A stretch of DNA of 61,996 nucleotides, the filler included, from Choristocarpus tenellus KU-1152 (taxonomy: Eukaryota > Protista > Phaeophyceae): NCBI GenBank assembly GCA_964200185.2. It is 11 parts of 11 records of this genome, joined end to end, with 100 filler letters (N's around TTAATTAATTAA, not from the genome) between each part and the next. Parts side by side here need not be neighbours in the genome. Positions count along the whole stretch, not along the records: positions 57,983 to 61,996 come from CAXNAD020016665.1; 10 more parts are not named here. One strand, given 5' to 3'. Position numbers and translations under genes: made by a program. Every line of letters begins with the position of its first letter. Position 1 is the stretch's first letter. This document shows positions 58,067 to 61,996 of the stretch, in pieces. A model generated the notes under the pieces. That model worked only from the letters and a program-made list of their open reading frames with translations. It did not search any database and was not told the DNA's origin.

Positions 58067-61000
58067 ACTCCCTGTAATTGCTGGCCTTCAAGCCCCTAAA
58101 TTGTTGTCTTCTGGATCGTTTTCCACTTGCCCTCCTTGCTCTGTGGTAGGATCTTGACCTGGTACGGTACGTTTGGTCCTTTATTTTTCATGATCTTGAA
58201 ATACTAGAAGATATAGGACACACCTCACTGTGGGATCTCTTCCGTTTCCCAATAGTATCTGCCACAACATATCAAGTCATGCAGATCGCTTCTGCAGATT
58301 TCTAAGCTCAAAGGTCTGGCATGATATACAACCGCTCCATGTGCTAAGTTCGGCACTGTGCCTAACTGACTCGATATTTGCTTTCCAACTGGCCTGATCT
58401 GGGCGCTCTCAATCGATACTTACCAGTGTTGCTACTGCTTTCGTCATCACTGCCGCCTCTACTCTACTACTACTGCTGTGATTACAGCCGCTGATCATTG
58501 TAACTGAAATGGGACCAGTATCTCAATGGGGGAGTCGAGTGTCCATTCGGGATCTTTGTCACCCTGCAACGATTTTTCTTGTCATTTTGTGTGAACAAGT
58601 CAGACGTACGAGCAATACTCTTAATCAGGACGCACCTTCCTATTCCACCCATCTGCCTGGACCAAATCTAAAGGAGAATCACCTGCAGAACAGGCATCAA
58701 ACTGGGGTACTGGGGTGTTGTACAACACCCTATCAAGCCTCAAATAGACAGTTTGGGCTAACCAACCACCCCTCTCTGGGACACTATGGACCATTGTGTG
58801 TACCTAGAGTCTATCCTCTAAAGGGTGTATTCACCGAACTTGATGGTGTGGTGTAATCAGGGTCACTCCAACCACCGAAATACTGCTCTACCGTCAATTT
58901 GTACATATATTGCAAGAGATAACTCTATATTTACCCTGATATTTCGAAAATGAAAACAGGGAGAAACCTACTAATACTACGAACCTACCTACTCGAGTAA
59001 ATTATAATAGTAGTGTCGCCAATGTATGGGGTATACTTCGAATAAAAAGGGTTAGTACTACTATAGCATCGCACTTCAAGATAGGGAGGCAGATAATGAT
59101 TTCGCCACATATATCACCAGTCGTTTGTCTCAATCTATTTTTCTGATCATCCACCCCTTCGCTACTTGTAGTAACACGTGTTGTAGCATCTACAAACTCA
59201 TATTTCTGAGGTCATCACCAAAGCCACAATCACACTTCGTTCTAGTTGTAGCCACTCCCTCGACTTGGCAAAGATATTGATATTGGGAAGATCACCAGCT
59301 TTCATGTCAAGACTGACCAATGCCTCTCTCACTACAATGTCCTCTTCGAATGCTCAGATTTAGCCTCTCGAAGGACTTTGTGAGGTCAGAAATGGGGCTG
59401 ATCATGTGCACTGTAGGTTGCACCACGACGAATACTATCGTAAGCGAGTTGTACTTGCACATGTCGAGGTTAAGCATGTTTGCATTCAAACAACTGTGAC
59501 CAGGGTCAAGAGATGGCATACTACCATACCTTTGCTACTGCTCGGTGGGAAGAGAGATGGATTGTGCGACAAGAAAATTAAAGCCTTTCTCGGGGAGACA
59601 AATGGTACTGTGGGTGTGGTAAGGACGCTGACAAGATAGGAGTCGAGATCTACATGAACCTGACCTTGGCTCTTTTTCAGGATGCTCTCGCCTCACTAGT
59701 ACGAGTATCCAACAAACATGTGAGCAGCAACCTATTCACCCTAAACTAAGTAAGCGATCTCCTGACCCAAGATAAGCTCACATGCCTTCAACCACAGTAG
59801 GCAAGGTGTAGACATTGTTGATATCACAGACTTGATTATGGTTTCATCATAAACGCCATTACGTCCTTGAAGTCCTAGATATTCATGTGTCATGCTTCCT
59901 TGACTACTAATTCATATCTAGTCATTGTAAGACCATGCATTGTCCGTGCCCTTCATGGCAGTTCTTCCTGTATACACCAACCAAAGCAATAAAGTGAACA
60001 CTCAAAGTGAGAGACCCGGCATGTTCGGTGACATTTCCATTATGGCGCCCTCTATGAGCCTTACCTTCAACCTGCAGACTTGTAGATTGGAGCTACAAGT
60101 CCTCCCCCAATCTGGATACGGATCCATGTTGTCACACACTCCATAAAAACGACGTCTATGCCCAATGAACAATGGTAGCTACGTTGTGAGGTAAGAAATG
60201 CATTATGTAAAGTTTTTTTGCTCTGCACAGGATGGTCAAACGTCTGCACACTGGCACATGGTTTGCAATGTACGATGATGCAGCAGTGATCTGCGTCAGC
60301 CATAAGCCGAATTCTTACCACCCTTGCGATTATTTTTCTCGTCCACTTCAAGGTATTTCTGACCACATGACCAAAAACGACTTCGCCACAATGATATCCG
60401 TGTATAGAAAAAAAATACCAGGCTTATTGACCTGTCGGCCAAACTTAAGTCAGGCCTAGTAGGAAGCTAACACTGTATCGTGTTTGAATAAATGACTGCT
60501 TCTAGTTTCAAAAAGAAGAAAGAAATTATGGCAGACCTCATGCTAGAGTCCCTCGAACTACATTGACCGCGTTTTTCCTTATTCATCCATCTACAACACG
60601 AATTCACCCTTCCTCCTTCCTTGCCTGAAAAGAGGTATTACTATATACTCCAACAGTGCACCAGATGCATATTTTACCTTGTACGGTGGAGGTTGCATCT
60701 ACTACACTGCCACAGTAGACGAGAATATTTGCATCAAGATGCATGATGGATTGTATGTACTTCAAGAAATGCCTCCATATTTCCATTACTACTGCTACGG
60801 CTTCATACTGCTTTTCTGTACATTTAAATTCGGTGCGTGTTTTTTCAAATCAATGTAGAAAATATAATTCATATTCTATCCTCCCACGTATTGAGGATAT
60901 TATAACAAAGAATACACACGCACACAACACCATCCTATCTGAAATACCTAAATGCACCCTTCCCACCCCCCACAAAATATCGACTGTGTTCCATCTCACA

Positions 61001-61975
61001 AACAGGAGGGCTCCGGAACTGGGATGATGCAACAAATGTACCACTTCAGCACTACGGAATTATTGAGGTGTCTTGGGAAACTTCTTTTGTAGGAACTGAT
61101 TTGTGTTACCGCAACCTGTTAATGCTGTTTCACTGGGATTGGTGGTTTGGTAATGGATTTAAAATATAAAAAGCTAGAATCGGATTCACATCAAATGGGA
61201 GGGCCATCACTTCCGTTGTCCTACTTGCCCCTGTTGCCGACAAAAAATGAGGCAGGAATCCCATTCATTTACTTGTACACGTTCCACTGAAGGCAAATGT
61301 CAAAACGACTGTATATAGCAGATTCCAACTGCCCTTGAGCAAATACTCGTTCAAGTGTACGAAGGGATGACCTCCCGGTGACTGTGCACTCTCCATTATG
61401 GCAACAAATAGGAATCGAGGTGAGGGTGATGCACCCATCCCCATAGTTCTATACGACGCATCTCTTGTTGGAACATTTCATAGCCTTGCAGCAGTGCCTG
61501 GATTGTGTGTCGTTGGCAAGTAAAGAATGCAGCATTTGTGGTATTAGGGTAGTCAAATTTGGTTAAATAGAGTAAAGTTTGTAGTTCCTAACAAATTGCC
61601 AATGCTATGGTTGAGGGGTTAGATTTGGTAGGAGATAAGCCCTGTTGCCTTCAAGATATATGTATAGGTCCGCTTTTGTATGGACGAAAACATTCAAGGA
61701 AAGACATTTTCTTTAAATCTCGATCTTGACATGACTCACAAGGCAAGTATAGCAGTAGACAACTATCTTACGCATAGCATGCTTTAGTATTAATATTGGG
61801 ATATGTATTGTGTGCTGTATATTGGTCTTGACAGTCACATTATGTACATGCTACTGAATAATGTGAGAGTACACCTCAAAGGCAATTGAGTTTGAGATAT
61901 CAAGTAAGATATCGTGCTCTACAATGGTATATGTACCAAATGCTGTCTGCATAATCGTTGTTGGCATCGTCAAGG

Positions 61976-61996
61976 GGGTCAAAGTATCTGGGGGGG
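61976..61996. mobile_element. MITE family B/C terminus at window end
   Basis: GGGTCAAAGTATCTGGGGGGG. Confidence 0.75.

Noticed and set aside
58500-61520. Scattered short ORFs in the last contig
   Set aside because: No recognisable motifs in any frame I translated. It may be decayed coding DNA, but no call is supportable.

Overview
Eukaryotic nuclear DNA, repeat-rich and intron-rich. A stramenopile, probably a brown alga, is my inference from intron style and transposon content, not a database match. The window is 11 contigs joined by artificial 100-bp spacers (44 N + TTAATTAATTAA + 44 N), so adjacency across spacers is not trustworthy. Only one intact gene is supportable: a 9-exon, 463-aa four-RRM Gbp2/Hrb1-like RNA-binding protein (31564-37364, +). 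It has an ALYREF-like N-terminal motif and an 8-nt microexon inside RNP1 of RRM1. The rest is decayed material: a multi-exon Ser/Thr kinase pseudogene; IS630/Tc1/mariner-type, pogo-like and DD39D mariner transposase remnants; a CRE-like LINE endonuclease fragment; Ty3/gypsy and copia pieces; three fold-back structures; and about 25 whole or partial copies of four MITE families. The most striking pattern is that MITE families with different interiors share one asymmetric end architecture: box1 AAAGTATCT, then a spacer of 16 bp at one end and 26 bp (26-30 in family B) at the other, then box2 GTCCATTTGG. This resembles a 12/23-type rule, and the insertions show both 3-bp and 4-bp target-site duplications.
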